64,000 nt of DNA from an uncultured Nitrososphaeria archaeon (lineage in GTDB: Archaea; Thermoproteota; Nitrososphaeria; JACIWG01), in the NCBI GenBank assembly GCA_964448685.1, contig CAYUWR010000015.1, forward strand, positions 2,217 through 66,216. Reading direction: 5' to 3'. The position numbers and the translations under genes are program-made. Position 1 is the first letter of the stretch. Each line of letters starts with the position of its first letter. Positions 20,097 through 29,780 of the stretch are shown here, in pieces. The notes below the pieces were generated by a model. It made no database searches, had not been told where the DNA came from, and saw nothing but the letters and a program-made list of their open reading frames with translations.

Positions 20097-20642
20097 TCAG
20101 ACATTCTTACAGAAGCTGACAACAATCTCCGGATTCAAAGCTTCAGGATGAAAAAGGCAACAGTAGACTTCTCTAGACCTATGTTTCGTCAGACATCCAA
20201 CCCCATTCGCCCTAGCCAAGACCCCAAATTCTCCACCAGGCTTCGGAGCCTTCGAGGTCAAAAAATAGGCATAGAATTCGCTCTTTTGGCATAGGATGTT
20301 CGCTTCAACGACGTCTACCTTAAACTGTCCAATCATGTCCACATCTATTAAGTCGCCTCCAAAAAGCCTTACCACAGCCTGCACCCCAGCACCTACCGCG
20401 AGGACAGGCTTCAGTGTATCCTTCAACCATCCGAATGCGTCGATCTGATCCAAGAAATTAGAGTCTTCAAGGGCGGCCCCGCAGACGACGACCTTTTCAG
20501 ACTTCCCTATGTCATCGCGGCCAATGCGAAGATAATGTCTAGTCCTATTAGAGATGCCTGATCTATTGAGAACTTCTTCAATTGGTCTAACGAACTCCAG
20601 CCTGCTAAGCCCATCCGAGCAGATATCAACAACCAATATCAC
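20097..20642 (-). CDS. Class I glutamine amidotransferase-like protein lacking the nucleophile Cys
   Basis: ILVVD, KPVLAVGAGVQ (usually PVLGICxGxQ), FHPE. Confidence 0.75.
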   Translation of the reverse strand: MILVVDICSDGLSRLEFVRPIEEVLNRSGISNRTRHYLRIGRDDIGKSEKVVVCGAALEDSNFLDQIDAFGWLKDTLKPVLAVGAGVQAVVRLFGGDLIDVDMIGQFKVDVVEANILCQKSEFYAYFLTSKAPKPGGEFGVLARANGVGCLTKHRSREVYCCLFHPEALNPEIVVSFCKNV

Positions 20643-21334
20643 TTGTCCACCAGCCTCGCTTCCAAGATACTGTATGTCCCCGAATAGCTCTTGTATTCAA
20701 CCTGATACCTTGTCACCTCTATCCTCTTCCTGAAGAAGGGTGCATCAATCACCGTTGTCTCCATCTCTCCACCCTCACCTGCAGGGTTGACGCCATATCT
20801 GCACTTGAACATAGCCAGATCCTCGACCACCTTTTGGTCGATTACCTTACCAAGATAACGGTCATCCAAGGGAAAGGCGAAGACACCCGAGACAATAACC
20901 ACCAAACCAACCTCCAGTATTTCTTTCAAGAGCTCGATTTGGTCACTTAGCCAAAGTGGATTAAAACACCACAACTTCAGCTGATGGCATATCTTTTGAA
21001 TTCTACTCGCCTGATAGACTGACATAATCGCTCCAGTTACGACACCTTCAATGCAGAATCTATCTTTGGCAAGAGCCAGCACATCCCTCAAGTCATCAAG
21101 CTCCTTCTCCCTTTCCCCCTCCGTAATCTTCTGCAACAGAGGAACCCCCATTGCTTCAGCCTGAAGTCTGGTAACGTCGATGTTTGGGACATGGAACATG
21201 TAGCTTTCTCTATTCTTCGAGACCAAAGCGATCAGGCAGACAACATCATGATAGCCCCTAGCTCTATAGTATGCCATACATGAATCCTTGCCGCCGGAGA
21301 AAAGGACGCCAACCCTCACAGCTGCCCTTATCAT
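20639..21334 (-). CDS. dph6: Diphthine--ammonia ligase (Dph6 / ATP pyrophosphatase)
   Basis: SGGKDS, SYMFH, GAIMSVYQ, PLW, GEGGEMET. Confidence 0.88.
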   Translation of the reverse strand: MIRAAVRVGVLFSGGKDSCMAYYRARGYHDVVCLIALVSKNRESYMFHVPNIDVTRLQAEAMGVPLLQKITEGEREKELDDLRDVLALAKDRFCIEGVVTGAIMSVYQASRIQKICHQLKLWCFNPLWLSDQIELLKEILEVGLVVIVSGVFAFPLDDRYLGKVIDQKVVEDLAMFKCRYGVNPAGEGGEMETTVIDAPFFRKRIEVTRYQVEYKSYSGTYSILEARLVDK

Positions 21335-21581
21335 ACACCTCGTCTAATAAACATAACCACCTGATCAGATCAGCACTGCAAACAAACATTTCAGCCTAAA
21401 CACAGCAACCTGACCCACTTGGACTCACTTAATGAACTGGGTGCAAGATGCTCATTACCTCAAACGTTCTGTCAAACAGAGCTGAAGTCGTAATCTTCCA
21501 TAAACAGCTTGCTGGTTTGAAGAAGCCCCTCATCCTTTGAATCCTAAAGGTTTATAGGTTGTTAATAATTAGCAAAGGATT

Positions 21582-21956
21582 ATGGGCGAGGCGCTCAATC
21601 ATGCAGAAATTTCTGAAGAGAACTTCTTAGGCGCCTTGGAGGAATTCGGCAACAAGAGGTTTTCTAATGTGGGTCTTCTATGCTTGAGGGCTCTAGAGCA
21701 GATGATCGAGGCCTGCGCTTCCACAGAAAACCTCCATTTCCATGAACATCCTGGGACTGCACATAGAAACCGTCGAAGTTGGCTGAGGCAGCATCATCCC
21801 GACTTATTAAGGATGTCGGATCAGCTCTGGGGCATCTACGGTGCTCTTGGGTACGGAGGCAAAGACGGTGAAAGAGCTGAACAAGCATTGAAGCTGCTCA
21901 GGGAATGTTTAGGTGAATTGAGTAGGAGGGAGAAGGTTGCAATCAGAGGTTTATAG
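21582..21956 (+). CDS. HEPN-like helical protein
   Basis: 124-aa helical protein overlapping an MNT gene. Confidence 0.6.
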   Translation: MGEALNHAEISEENFLGALEEFGNKRFSNVGLLCLRALEQMIEACASTENLHFHEHPGTAHRNRRSWLRQHHPDLLRMSDQLWGIYGALGYGGKDGERAEQALKLLRECLGELSRREKVAIRGL

Positions 21957-22518
21957 TGAAATAGAACGTTTAGCTGACAGGATTGGAGAAATAGAGGGTG
22001 TAGTTGGCGTAGTATTGTTTGGCAGTTACTCGAGGGGAGATTTTGACGAGGGAAGTGATGTCGACCTACTAGTTGTCTTCAAAGACAAGAGCACCCTCAG
22101 AAGAGGACAAGAAGACGTGTACAAGATAACGGCTGAAACAGATCTCCCCATTCAGGCGATACCTCTGACAGTTAGAGAACTTAAGGAATCCGCACTTCTC
22201 GAACCAGTAGTTTACGAGGGGAAAATACTTCGTGGATCAAAGGGGCTACGTAGGCTATTGGCTGGAAGAGGGAAACCTTACGCGCTTATTTCATATGAAA
22301 ACACAGGCTTGGCTGCGAGAGAAAGGGTGGCCTTCACACAGAAGTTGGAGGGGAGGCGAGTAGGCAGATACAGGTACTATGGAATTCTACAGGAGAATGG
22401 CGGTTTCAAGGTTGGTAGGGGGGCTCTTATGATACCCTTAAAGAACATGAGAACGATAACTGAATTTTTGGAGGAAAACAGAGTTGAATATATGATAAGA
22501 TATGTCTGGACGTACTAG
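21937..22518 (+). CDS. Minimal nucleotidyltransferase (MNT) with C-terminal extension
   Basis: VLFGSYSRGDFDEGSDVDLLV plus an extra ~80-aa domain. Confidence 0.85.
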   Translation: MQSEVYSEIERLADRIGEIEGVVGVVLFGSYSRGDFDEGSDVDLLVVFKDKSTLRRGQEDVYKITAETDLPIQAIPLTVRELKESALLEPVVYEGKILRGSKGLRRLLAGRGKPYALISYENTGLAARERVAFTQKLEGRRVGRYRYYGILQENGGFKVGRGALMIPLKNMRTITEFLEENRVEYMIRYVWTY

Positions 22519-22706
22519 AATTTTGCTAACCCATTCATTAAACTCTTAATCCAATTTCCTTGGTTGCCAATTTTCCGATAATACAACAATATTGAACCTT
22601 TCAGATTCCCAAAGCTGATCTAACTCAACCTTACAGTTCTTCCAAAGAATTGACATCGAACTCTGCAAAGAATTTAGCAAGACATTAAACTTCCATAACC
22701 TTTCTT

Positions 22707-22928
22707 ATGTATCCTGTATCTCCTAAGATCACGTTCTATAAATACTTCAAGGATTTAGAAAATCTTGGCCTGGTCACCACATCAAGGAAGATAGGCAGAG
22801 CAATACTCTACAAGATAAACCCAGAAAATCCGATGGCCAAAATGCTTATCGAATACGGAACACAACTTTCTCTACAAATGGCTGAACAAGAAGCAGGAAG
22901 GATGAAGAAGCCGATAGAAGCAATATAG
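22707..22928 (+). pseudogene. N-terminally truncated winged-HTH protein
   Basis: Begins at the recognition helix (ITFYKYFKDLENLGLV..RKIGRAILY). Preceding helices are absent. Confidence 0.5.
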
Positions 22929-23040
22929 ACTGAAATTTTCAAATATCTCTGCCCTCAACCTCCTTTGTCTATAGTTTTCTACTATATCGTCAAGGTTCAA
23001 GCTAAAAAGCATATTTGCCCAAATAGCCTTCGGGGAGACT

Positions 23041-23448
23041 ATGGTTCTAAGGATTAAGAGGAAGCACCTAGATGAAATATTCCAGCACGCGAGAAGATGC
23101 TATCCCGCTGAAGCCTGTGGCATTCTCGTTGGTAGGAGAGAAGGAGAGGAAAAAATCGTCGAGAAAGTTTACCTTACAAGAAATGTGTTGGCTTCCACCT
23201 CCGAATACCGAATTGACCCAATAGAACAGTTGAAGGTCTTTGAGGAAGCAGAGCACCAAAGCCTAAACATTATCGGCTTCTACCACAGTCACCCATTCTG
23301 GGAGCCTTTCTGGTCCAAAACTGACGAGGACAGAAGCGAACTGTGGACAGGATATTCCTTTTTAATAGTCTCTCTTAAAACTGGAAAGGCGCGTGCATAC
23401 ATTAGGAGGGAGAATAGGGCGGAGAGAGAGGAAATGGCTGTCATCTAA
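23041..23448 (+). CDS. JAMM/Mov34 metalloprotease (desampylase-like)
   Basis: EACGILVG and GFYHSHP...SKTD JAMM motif. Confidence 0.9.
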   Translation: MVLRIKRKHLDEIFQHARRCYPAEACGILVGRREGEEKIVEKVYLTRNVLASTSEYRIDPIEQLKVFEEAEHQSLNIIGFYHSHPFWEPFWSKTDEDRSELWTGYSFLIVSLKTGKARAYIRRENRAEREEMAVI

Positions 23449-23935
23449 TGGAACTGACCGCGATTCGGCCTGATGGAAAGGTTAATGGGATTGTCTTGCC
23501 ATTTTGAAATCAAGCAACCTGAACAGGTTTTCGCATCCTGTTTCCTTCTTTTTCAGCAATTTGCATCGAAACTTTTTTCCACAATAGATTGACGAGAAGA
23601 AGTTTATCGAGCAAGAAAGAATGGAAAAGGAGAAGAAGATTATGAAGATACTCGTGAATAATGGACACTTGCTTCTACATAAGGTGGAAGAATAGTTTCT
23701 CTTCCTATTCAAGGGAAAGGAGATGATTCAGTGTGTAGAAAGAATGATTATGAGAAGCTGATTATGTACAAATTTTAATGATTTCAGTCTTACATCATAA
23801 CACAAAGCCATTTCATGGATTAAATGAATGCAAGTCTTTTCAATTGTTCTCTGAATTGGTCCTCACCATGATTGTGAGAAGCATAGCCTTTTATCTACTA
23901 TTAGATAATAGTGGAGCGAAGGAATACTAACAATT

Positions 23936-24514
23936 TCATTCGAAAAAACCCACAGTTGTGCCTTTCATAAACATTTCAATGAAAGTTAAAGTTAGTATAA
24001 CGACCAGAAAAACTATCGCTCTTGATTCCTTGACTCTGTATAGAATTCTTGGCCCAATATAGACCTGTAGGATGAGAGAATAAAAAGCCGCAAATAGTGA
24101 TATGTATGGCAAGAATCCGCCGAGTATGCAGGGGCCGACTCCATAACATACAGCCTTCCAAGCGTTTAAGACTGACCCTCTTCCACCCATCAATCTGTAG
24201 AACAAGTGTAGAAATCCTGTGAGGGATAACGTTATGGCACCAGCAAACCCCACAATTAGAAATGCTTCAATCAAATACGCAGAAGTTCCATATTGGCTTA
24301 ATAAAGTACTTTCCAAAAGTCCATAGGCCAAAATTTGAGCTTGGTAGGCAGAGGAAAAATCTGTACTCTCAACCCCAATATAATTCACAATCGGCGTGAC
24401 GATAGAGAGAATTACCGTAATTGCCAAAAAGAACTTGAAAGCAGGCTTCCAATTTTCACCTTTAACATTTTCAAAAAATTTGATTGGATCTTTCAATAAA
24501 TCAAACAATATCAT
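23936..24514 (-). CDS. Yip1-like membrane protein
   Basis: LLKDPIKFFE N-terminus, about five TM helices, LMGGRGS..KAVCYG. AT-rich. Confidence 0.75.
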   Translation of the reverse strand: MILFDLLKDPIKFFENVKGENWKPAFKFFLAITVILSIVTPIVNYIGVESTDFSSAYQAQILAYGLLESTLLSQYGTSAYLIEAFLIVGFAGAITLSLTGFLHLFYRLMGGRGSVLNAWKAVCYGVGPCILGGFLPYISLFAAFYSLILQVYIGPRILYRVKESRAIVFLVVILTLTFIEMFMKGTTVGFFE

Positions 24515-24632
24515 CTCTTGATCCCTTAAATGTTTAACTCACTTGTATTTTTATGTTTACACCTCGAACTGAGTATTCCATCCGATGTCAAAGTGTATAG
24601 AAGCGAAGAATGCAATAAAGCGTAGACATAAG

Positions 24633-24719
24633 CGCCGGGAGTGGGATTTGAACCCACGCCACCCGCGAGGAGTGACAGGCTCTCAAGGCCTGCGCATTTG
24701 TCCACTCTGCCATCCCGGC
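24633..24719 (-). tRNA. tRNA-Ser(TGA)
   Basis: GCCGGGA acceptor, CAGGC-CT-TGA-GA-GCCTG anticodon arm, long variable arm, GTTCAAATC T-loop, G discriminator, no encoded CCA. Confidence 0.96.
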
Positions 24720-24790
24720 ATATACCTTCTTCTATCTTCATGTCTCCAGACGCTTAAGTATAAATATTGTTATTGGCATGCTGAACCTAT

Positions 24791-25219
24791 ATGGGCTCCT
24801 TCTACAAGATTCTGGAGCATGTTTCAGACGCCTACATCGAGGTTCAAGGTTCAAGCCTGGAGGAGTGCTTTAGCAAGGCAGGGCTGGCGGTTGTTGACTT
24901 GATGGTGGACTTGAGCCTGATCTCTGAGGTATCGAGTTCCACTTACAGGGCTCAGGGCTTCGATCTTGAATCATTGCTTTACGGCTTCTTAGAAGAGGTT
25001 CTTCTTAAGACAACCTCCGGCGAGTTTCTTGCACATTCTTTGGAGGTGGACATAAGTAAGGAAGAAGGTGGTTACAGTGTCAGAGGGGTTGGTAGAGGAG
25101 AACCGCTTATTGTAGACAAGCATAGACCTAAGCTTGAAGTCAAGGCTGTAACCTACCATCTTATGGAGATCAAGAAGATGAGGGAAGGGTATTTGATAAG
25201 GTTTCTCTTGGACCTTTAG
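24791..25219 (+). CDS. Archease
   Basis: LEHVSD at the N-terminus, EVKAVTYH, C-terminal LLDL. Confidence 0.93.
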   Translation: MGSFYKILEHVSDAYIEVQGSSLEECFSKAGLAVVDLMVDLSLISEVSSSTYRAQGFDLESLLYGFLEEVLLKTTSGEFLAHSLEVDISKEEGGYSVRGVGRGEPLIVDKHRPKLEVKAVTYHLMEIKKMREGYLIRFLLDL

Positions 25220-25239
25220 AGACTGCCTTAGAGGACTTG

Positions 25240-25581
25240 CTATTGGATATGTTCTTTAAGCATGCTTTCCAGTCCCCTTTCTCCTACGGCGCCAACCAAG
25301 CAGTCGATTATGACGCCGTCCTTGAATAGCATGAATGTTGGAACGGTCGAAATCGAATACTTTGAAGATATTTCAGAGTATTGGCCGGCATCAAGTTTTC
25401 CGACGACGATCCTTCCGTTGTATTTTCTAGCCATCTTTTCCACTATCGGTGTCATGTGCTTGCAAGGATTACACCATGGAGCCCAGAAGTAGACCAAGAC
25501 ATGGCCTTTATCCTTGATCTTCTCTCTAAAATTGGAAGAATCGAATACGACCACGTCGTCGGCCATTCTAATCTTGTCCAA
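25240..25581 (-). CDS. trxA: Thioredoxin
   Basis: FWAPWCNPCK and VPT motifs. Start may be ATG 25566. Confidence 0.9.
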   Translation of the reverse strand: MDKIRMADDVVVFDSSNFREKIKDKGHVLVYFWAPWCNPCKHMTPIVEKMARKYNGRIVVGKLDAGQYSEISSKYSISTVPTFMLFKDGVIIDCLVGAVGERGLESMLKEHIQ

Positions 25582-25682
25582 GATACTTGTATGGCAAACT
25601 TATATTAATGTTTATTACATCATGTGATGAGACGCCATTTCTTCAAAACACTTTTAAACAAGCCGACTGTCACACCTCAAAC

Positions 25683-26828
25683 ATGAGCCTGCCAAATATA
25701 GAAATGCGTAACTTATCAGAGAAGGTTGTTCGAAGAAGCCTTAGGATCGGCAAGAAACCTGATGGCTCATGTGAATCCGTCAGAATCGTATACAACAGCA
25801 CAGACCCCTCATGTGAAAGGTTCGCTGAGATGGTTGAAGAAGAATGCTGGAGGGCTGGAGCATACACGATCCTGATCCCGACAAGCTATAGAAGACAGAA
25901 GCTATTCTACCAGCTCTTTCCAGAGGACTCGCTCAAGACGACGAATCCATTCAGCAAGGCCTTAGCGGAGACTATGGACGCCCACATATTTATTGGGGAA
26001 CTTGACGATCCAAACTGGTCCAAGACGGTGTCAGGAAAGCTCAAGATCGACGCACCCAACAGGCAAAAGATCAGAGAAATAATGGATAGTAGGAGGGTTC
26101 GTTGGCTATACCTTGGATGGCCTCTCCCTGGTGCAGCAAAGGGCTTCGGCATACCGCTGAAGCGGTTTAAAAGAATATTCTTCAACAGCATTAGGGAGTC
26201 ATTTTCAGACAGGCTCTTGGAGCTTTGCGGATACTATCGGAACGCGCTTGCTGGCCACGACATGGTCAGAATCGAGGCAGATGACGGAAGCGACCTTAGC
26301 TTTAGCATAAGAGATAGAAGGATACTGGTCGACGATGGAATCATTTCAGAGGAGGATAGGGCAAGAGATGAGATAGCTTTGAATATTCCGTCAGGTGAGG
26401 TCTTTGTTGCACCAGTAGAAGATACTGCGGAGGGAAGAATCTTCTTCGACGACGTCACCATCTCCGGCTTCGGCAGGGCGAAAGGACTCTGGCTTAAGTT
26501 CGAAAAGGGAAAGGTTGTGGAGTTCACTGCAAGACGTGGCAGAGAAAATTTCGCAGACTTCTTGGAGTCCAATACAGGCGAAAAAGATCGCATCGCAGAA
26601 CTTGGAATAGGATGCAATAGGGCAGCAGAATACACTGGAGGCAGCGTCATCGTAGACGAGAAGATCTATAAGACTGTCCACATCGCCATAGGAAACAACC
26701 TGGGCGCCTACCACGGCAAGAACAGGGCATCATCGCATCTCGACATGATCAAGTCAATGGATAGGGGTAGAATGTACGTCGACGGAGAACTTGTCATGGA
26801 TAAAGGAGAGCCGACCAAACCTATCTGA
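25683..26828 (+). CDS. Aminopeptidase (M29, thermophilic metalloprotease)
   Basis: NIPSGEVFVAP, IAELGIG, DEKI..TVHIAIG, HLDMI. Start at ATG 25683. Confidence 0.88.
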   Translation: MSLPNIEMRNLSEKVVRRSLRIGKKPDGSCESVRIVYNSTDPSCERFAEMVEEECWRAGAYTILIPTSYRRQKLFYQLFPEDSLKTTNPFSKALAETMDAHIFIGELDDPNWSKTVSGKLKIDAPNRQKIREIMDSRRVRWLYLGWPLPGAAKGFGIPLKRFKRIFFNSIRESFSDRLLELCGYYRNALAGHDMVRIEADDGSDLSFSIRDRRILVDDGIISEEDRARDEIALNIPSGEVFVAPVEDTAEGRIFFDDVTISGFGRAKGLWLKFEKGKVVEFTARRGRENFADFLESNTGEKDRIAELGIGCNRAAEYTGGSVIVDEKIYKTVHIAIGNNLGAYHGKNRASSHLDMIKSMDRGRMYVDGELVMDKGEPTKPI

Positions 26829-26854
26829 AAATCGATAATACACCAGATGAACTT

Positions 26855-27892
26855 TCAATATTGTCTTGGAAGCGGAACCCTCGGCTTGCCTGTTATGGGA
26901 ATTCTGAGACCACAGCTCGGACATTCGTTTCGTTCAGTTAGATTGACACTTGTAATATTCGAACTGTATCTGGTTATCAGGGGGGTGTGGCATCTTGGAC
27001 AGTGAGTATCCTCAAGCCCTTCAACGAACACATTCTTAACATAGACATATTCTAGTCCCCTCTCGTAGGCCAGATTGGCTGCTGCAATCAAAGTGTCTGC
27101 CGGAGTTGGAGGCCGATCCACCATCCTATATGTGGGATGAAATCTGGCAAAGTGCACGGGTACATGTGGATTCAGTTCGTCGATAACCCAGCCAACGAAC
27201 TCTCCTATCTCCTCCAGCGAATCATTCAAGAGTGGGATAATGAGGTATGTCAACTCCACCTTGACACCTTTTCCAATCATATACTTTATCGAATCGAGCA
27301 CCGGATCCAGTTCTCCAGAACAGTATGTTCTATAGAATTCTCTGGAGAAGCTCTTCACATCAACACATGCACCGTCGATGTAGTCGACAAGTTCACCGAG
27401 AGCATCCAATGTTATGTAGCCGTTGGTGACCAAGATATTCTTGACATCTTCTCTCCGGTTTAATCGAGCGGCATCCTTGATGAATTCGTACCAGATCAGA
27501 GGCTCATTGTAGGTGTAGGTTACAGAGCCAGCACCATATTTCTTCGCCATGCCAACAACTTCATCAGGTTTTATTTCGAAGGTGACAACATTATTCACCT
27601 TCGCCTGCGAGATGTTATAGTTCTCACACCAAGGGCATGAGAATGAGCAGCCTATCGTGGAAATAGAAAGTGTCTGGGTTCCAGGATAAAAATGGAACAA
27701 GATCTTCTCGATCGGCTCGACTGACTGCCCAGACGTCTTCCCATATATTAACGTGTAAAGTCTACCATCCCTATTCTGTCTAACCCTGCAGAAGCCAGTA
27801 TCCTGGAGTGCGATAATACACCTACGTGGACAAAGAAAGCACTCTACTTCTCCCCCTTCACGTTGCAGGTAGCATTCAGCTTCCCTTATCAT
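26855..27892 (-). CDS. amrS: AmmeMemoRadiSam system radical SAM enzyme
   Basis: CFLCPRRC..GFCRVR, PIEK, GCSFSCPWCEN, YTYNEP, CPRC/CPSC. Confidence 0.88.
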   Translation of the reverse strand: MIREAECYLQREGGEVECFLCPRRCIIALQDTGFCRVRQNRDGRLYTLIYGKTSGQSVEPIEKILFHFYPGTQTLSISTIGCSFSCPWCENYNISQAKVNNVVTFEIKPDEVVGMAKKYGAGSVTYTYNEPLIWYEFIKDAARLNRREDVKNILVTNGYITLDALGELVDYIDGACVDVKSFSREFYRTYCSGELDPVLDSIKYMIGKGVKVELTYLIIPLLNDSLEEIGEFVGWVIDELNPHVPVHFARFHPTYRMVDRPPTPADTLIAAANLAYERGLEYVYVKNVFVEGLEDTHCPRCHTPLITRYSSNITSVNLTERNECPSCGLRIPITGKPRVPLPRQY

Positions 27893-27936
27893 ACCCTAAC
27901 GCTTAATTAGCTCCAAAGTTGCTTATATCAATATCT

Positions 27937-28830
27937 ATGAGCGCGAGAGACTACCTTATAGCACCAGGCCCAGCCTCTGTCCAGTTTGCAAGATCCATGG
28001 CAAAGCAGATGGAATGTGACATGGTGGACATAGAGTTCAAGGAGTTCGCAGACGGAGAAAACTACTTTAGGCTTCTCTCCAACGTGGAAGACAAGAGAGT
28101 TCTTCTCGTACAGTCCCTGAGCCCGCCTGTAGACCACCATCTGATACAGTTACTGTTTCTGTCAAAGAAGCTGTCAGAATCAGGAGCCTTCGTTTACGCG
28201 ATATGCCCCTATCTCGGGTACTCAAGGCAGCATAGAGAATATCTGTCTGGAGAAGTACTTAGCCTTAAGACCGTAGGTCACCTAATGGCCAGCGTAAACG
28301 TTAGACGACTGCTCACAGTCGACATACATAACGTTGAAGGATTAGGGCTCTTCAAGTTTCCAGCATTCAGCCCTTCAGCAATACCCCTTCTAGCAGAATA
28401 TGTCAGCAAGAACGAAGACCTCTCAGACTCGATCATCATCTCCCCAGACCTCGGAAGCTCGACGAGGGTGGAGGCATTCGCCAAATTCGTGGGAAGACCA
28501 TACTGTGTGTTCGAAAAGGAACGTGACCTCATAACAGGCGAAGTGAAGGCTAAACCGCCATCCTTCGACATAAAAGGGAAGACGGCATACATAGTCGACG
28601 ACATGATTTCATCAGGTGGGACGGTCGCCAAGGCCGCCAACATACTAAAAGGCTTGGGCGTTGAAGAGATCGTGGCAGTCTGTGTCCACCCAGTACTCGC
28701 TGCCGGAGCAGCTGAGAAGATGGCCAACGCAGGCGTATCCAAGCTCATAGCCTCAAACACGATACAGACAGAATACAGTAAAGTGGACGTGTCAAAGGCC
28801 ATAGTAGACTACATTAAACTCTTGAGTTGA
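27937..28830 (+). CDS. prs: Ribose-phosphate pyrophosphokinase
   Basis: FADGE, PYLGYSRQ, VDIH, SPDLG, IVDDMISSGGT. Confidence 0.93.
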   Translation: MSARDYLIAPGPASVQFARSMAKQMECDMVDIEFKEFADGENYFRLLSNVEDKRVLLVQSLSPPVDHHLIQLLFLSKKLSESGAFVYAICPYLGYSRQHREYLSGEVLSLKTVGHLMASVNVRRLLTVDIHNVEGLGLFKFPAFSPSAIPLLAEYVSKNEDLSDSIIISPDLGSSTRVEAFAKFVGRPYCVFEKERDLITGEVKAKPPSFDIKGKTAYIVDDMISSGGTVAKAANILKGLGVEEIVAVCVHPVLAAGAAEKMANAGVSKLIASNTIQTEYSKVDVSKAIVDYIKLLS

Positions 28831-29780
28831 ACAGGATGAGCCTGAAAGTAGTCTTCCTCGGCACATCTTCAGCCGTACCAGTTGCAGAAAGAAGCTTTCC
28901 ATCGATCGCAGTCCTCAGAAAAGATGAGGTCATATTAGTGGATTGCGGTGAAGGCGCCCAGAGACAGATGGTTAGGGCGACAATCGGCTTCTGCAGGAAG
29001 ATGAAGATCTTCATAACACACATACATGGAGACCACATAGGAGGACTTGCTGGACTACTTCAGACAATGGGAATGCTAAAGCGCACCAGAAAAGTCGACA
29101 TCTTCGGCCCAAGGGGAATCAGAGGCTTCATAAAGGAGATGATAAAGTACCTGAAGGTGGAACTTCAGTACCCAATCCAGGTGGCTGAGGTGAAGGAAGG
29201 ACTTGTACTCAGAGAAAGAGAGTATGAAGTTTACGCTATGAGAGGAAGACATCTGGTGTCCAACTACTGCTACCTTCTGAAAGAGCTGCCTAGGCCGGGA
29301 AGGTTTGATGTACAAAAGGCCAGAGAGCTGGGAATCCCAGAAGGACCCCTTTGGCACAAGATACAGTCGGGCGATAAGATCCGAATAGGAGAAAAGGTGG
29401 TTGAACCTCAGGCGATCTTAGGGCCTCCCAGACCTGGCAGAACCATAGGCTTCTCAGGAGACACCTGCCCAGATCCTAGGCTGGCGAAGTTCTTTTCAAA
29501 AGCAGATCTCCTCGTCTTCGAGTCAACATACTCAGAAGGCGATAGAAAAAAGGCGGAAGAGCATATGCATTCGACATCTACAGATGCGGCGAAGATTGCC
29601 TCAAGTGCGGGTGCAAAGATGTTGGCGTTAACACACCTAAGCGCCAGATATAATGATCCGACAGTGATCTTGAGAGAGGCTCAAAGATTTCACCAGAATG
29701 TCATCATAGCAGAGGACATGGACGTGATAGAGGTCCCCTACCCCGATTCAGGCGAACCCTTCAAAACCTACCGCCTTTGA
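28827..29780 (+). CDS. rnz: Ribonuclease Z
   Basis: LGTSSAVP, DCGEG, THIHGDH, GIPEGP exosite, SGDT, HLSARY. Confidence 0.95.
   Translation: MNRMSLKVVFLGTSSAVPVAERSFPSIAVLRKDEVILVDCGEGAQRQMVRATIGFCRKMKIFITHIHGDHIGGLAGLLQTMGMLKRTRKVDIFGPRGIRGFIKEMIKYLKVELQYPIQVAEVKEGLVLREREYEVYAMRGRHLVSNYCYLLKELPRPGRFDVQKARELGIPEGPLWHKIQSGDKIRIGEKVVEPQAILGPPRPGRTIGFSGDTCPDPRLAKFFSKADLLVFESTYSEGDRKKAEEHMHSTSTDAAKIASSAGAKMLALTHLSARYNDPTVILREAQRFHQNVIIAEDMDVIEVPYPDSGEPFKTYRL

Noticed and set aside
23482-23712. 76-aa minus-strand ORF
   Set aside because: Low-complexity and AT-rich with no recognisable family; probably decayed sequence.
24526-24902. ORFs 24526-24741 and 24585-24902
   Set aside because: They overlap tRNA-Ser and archease; spurious.
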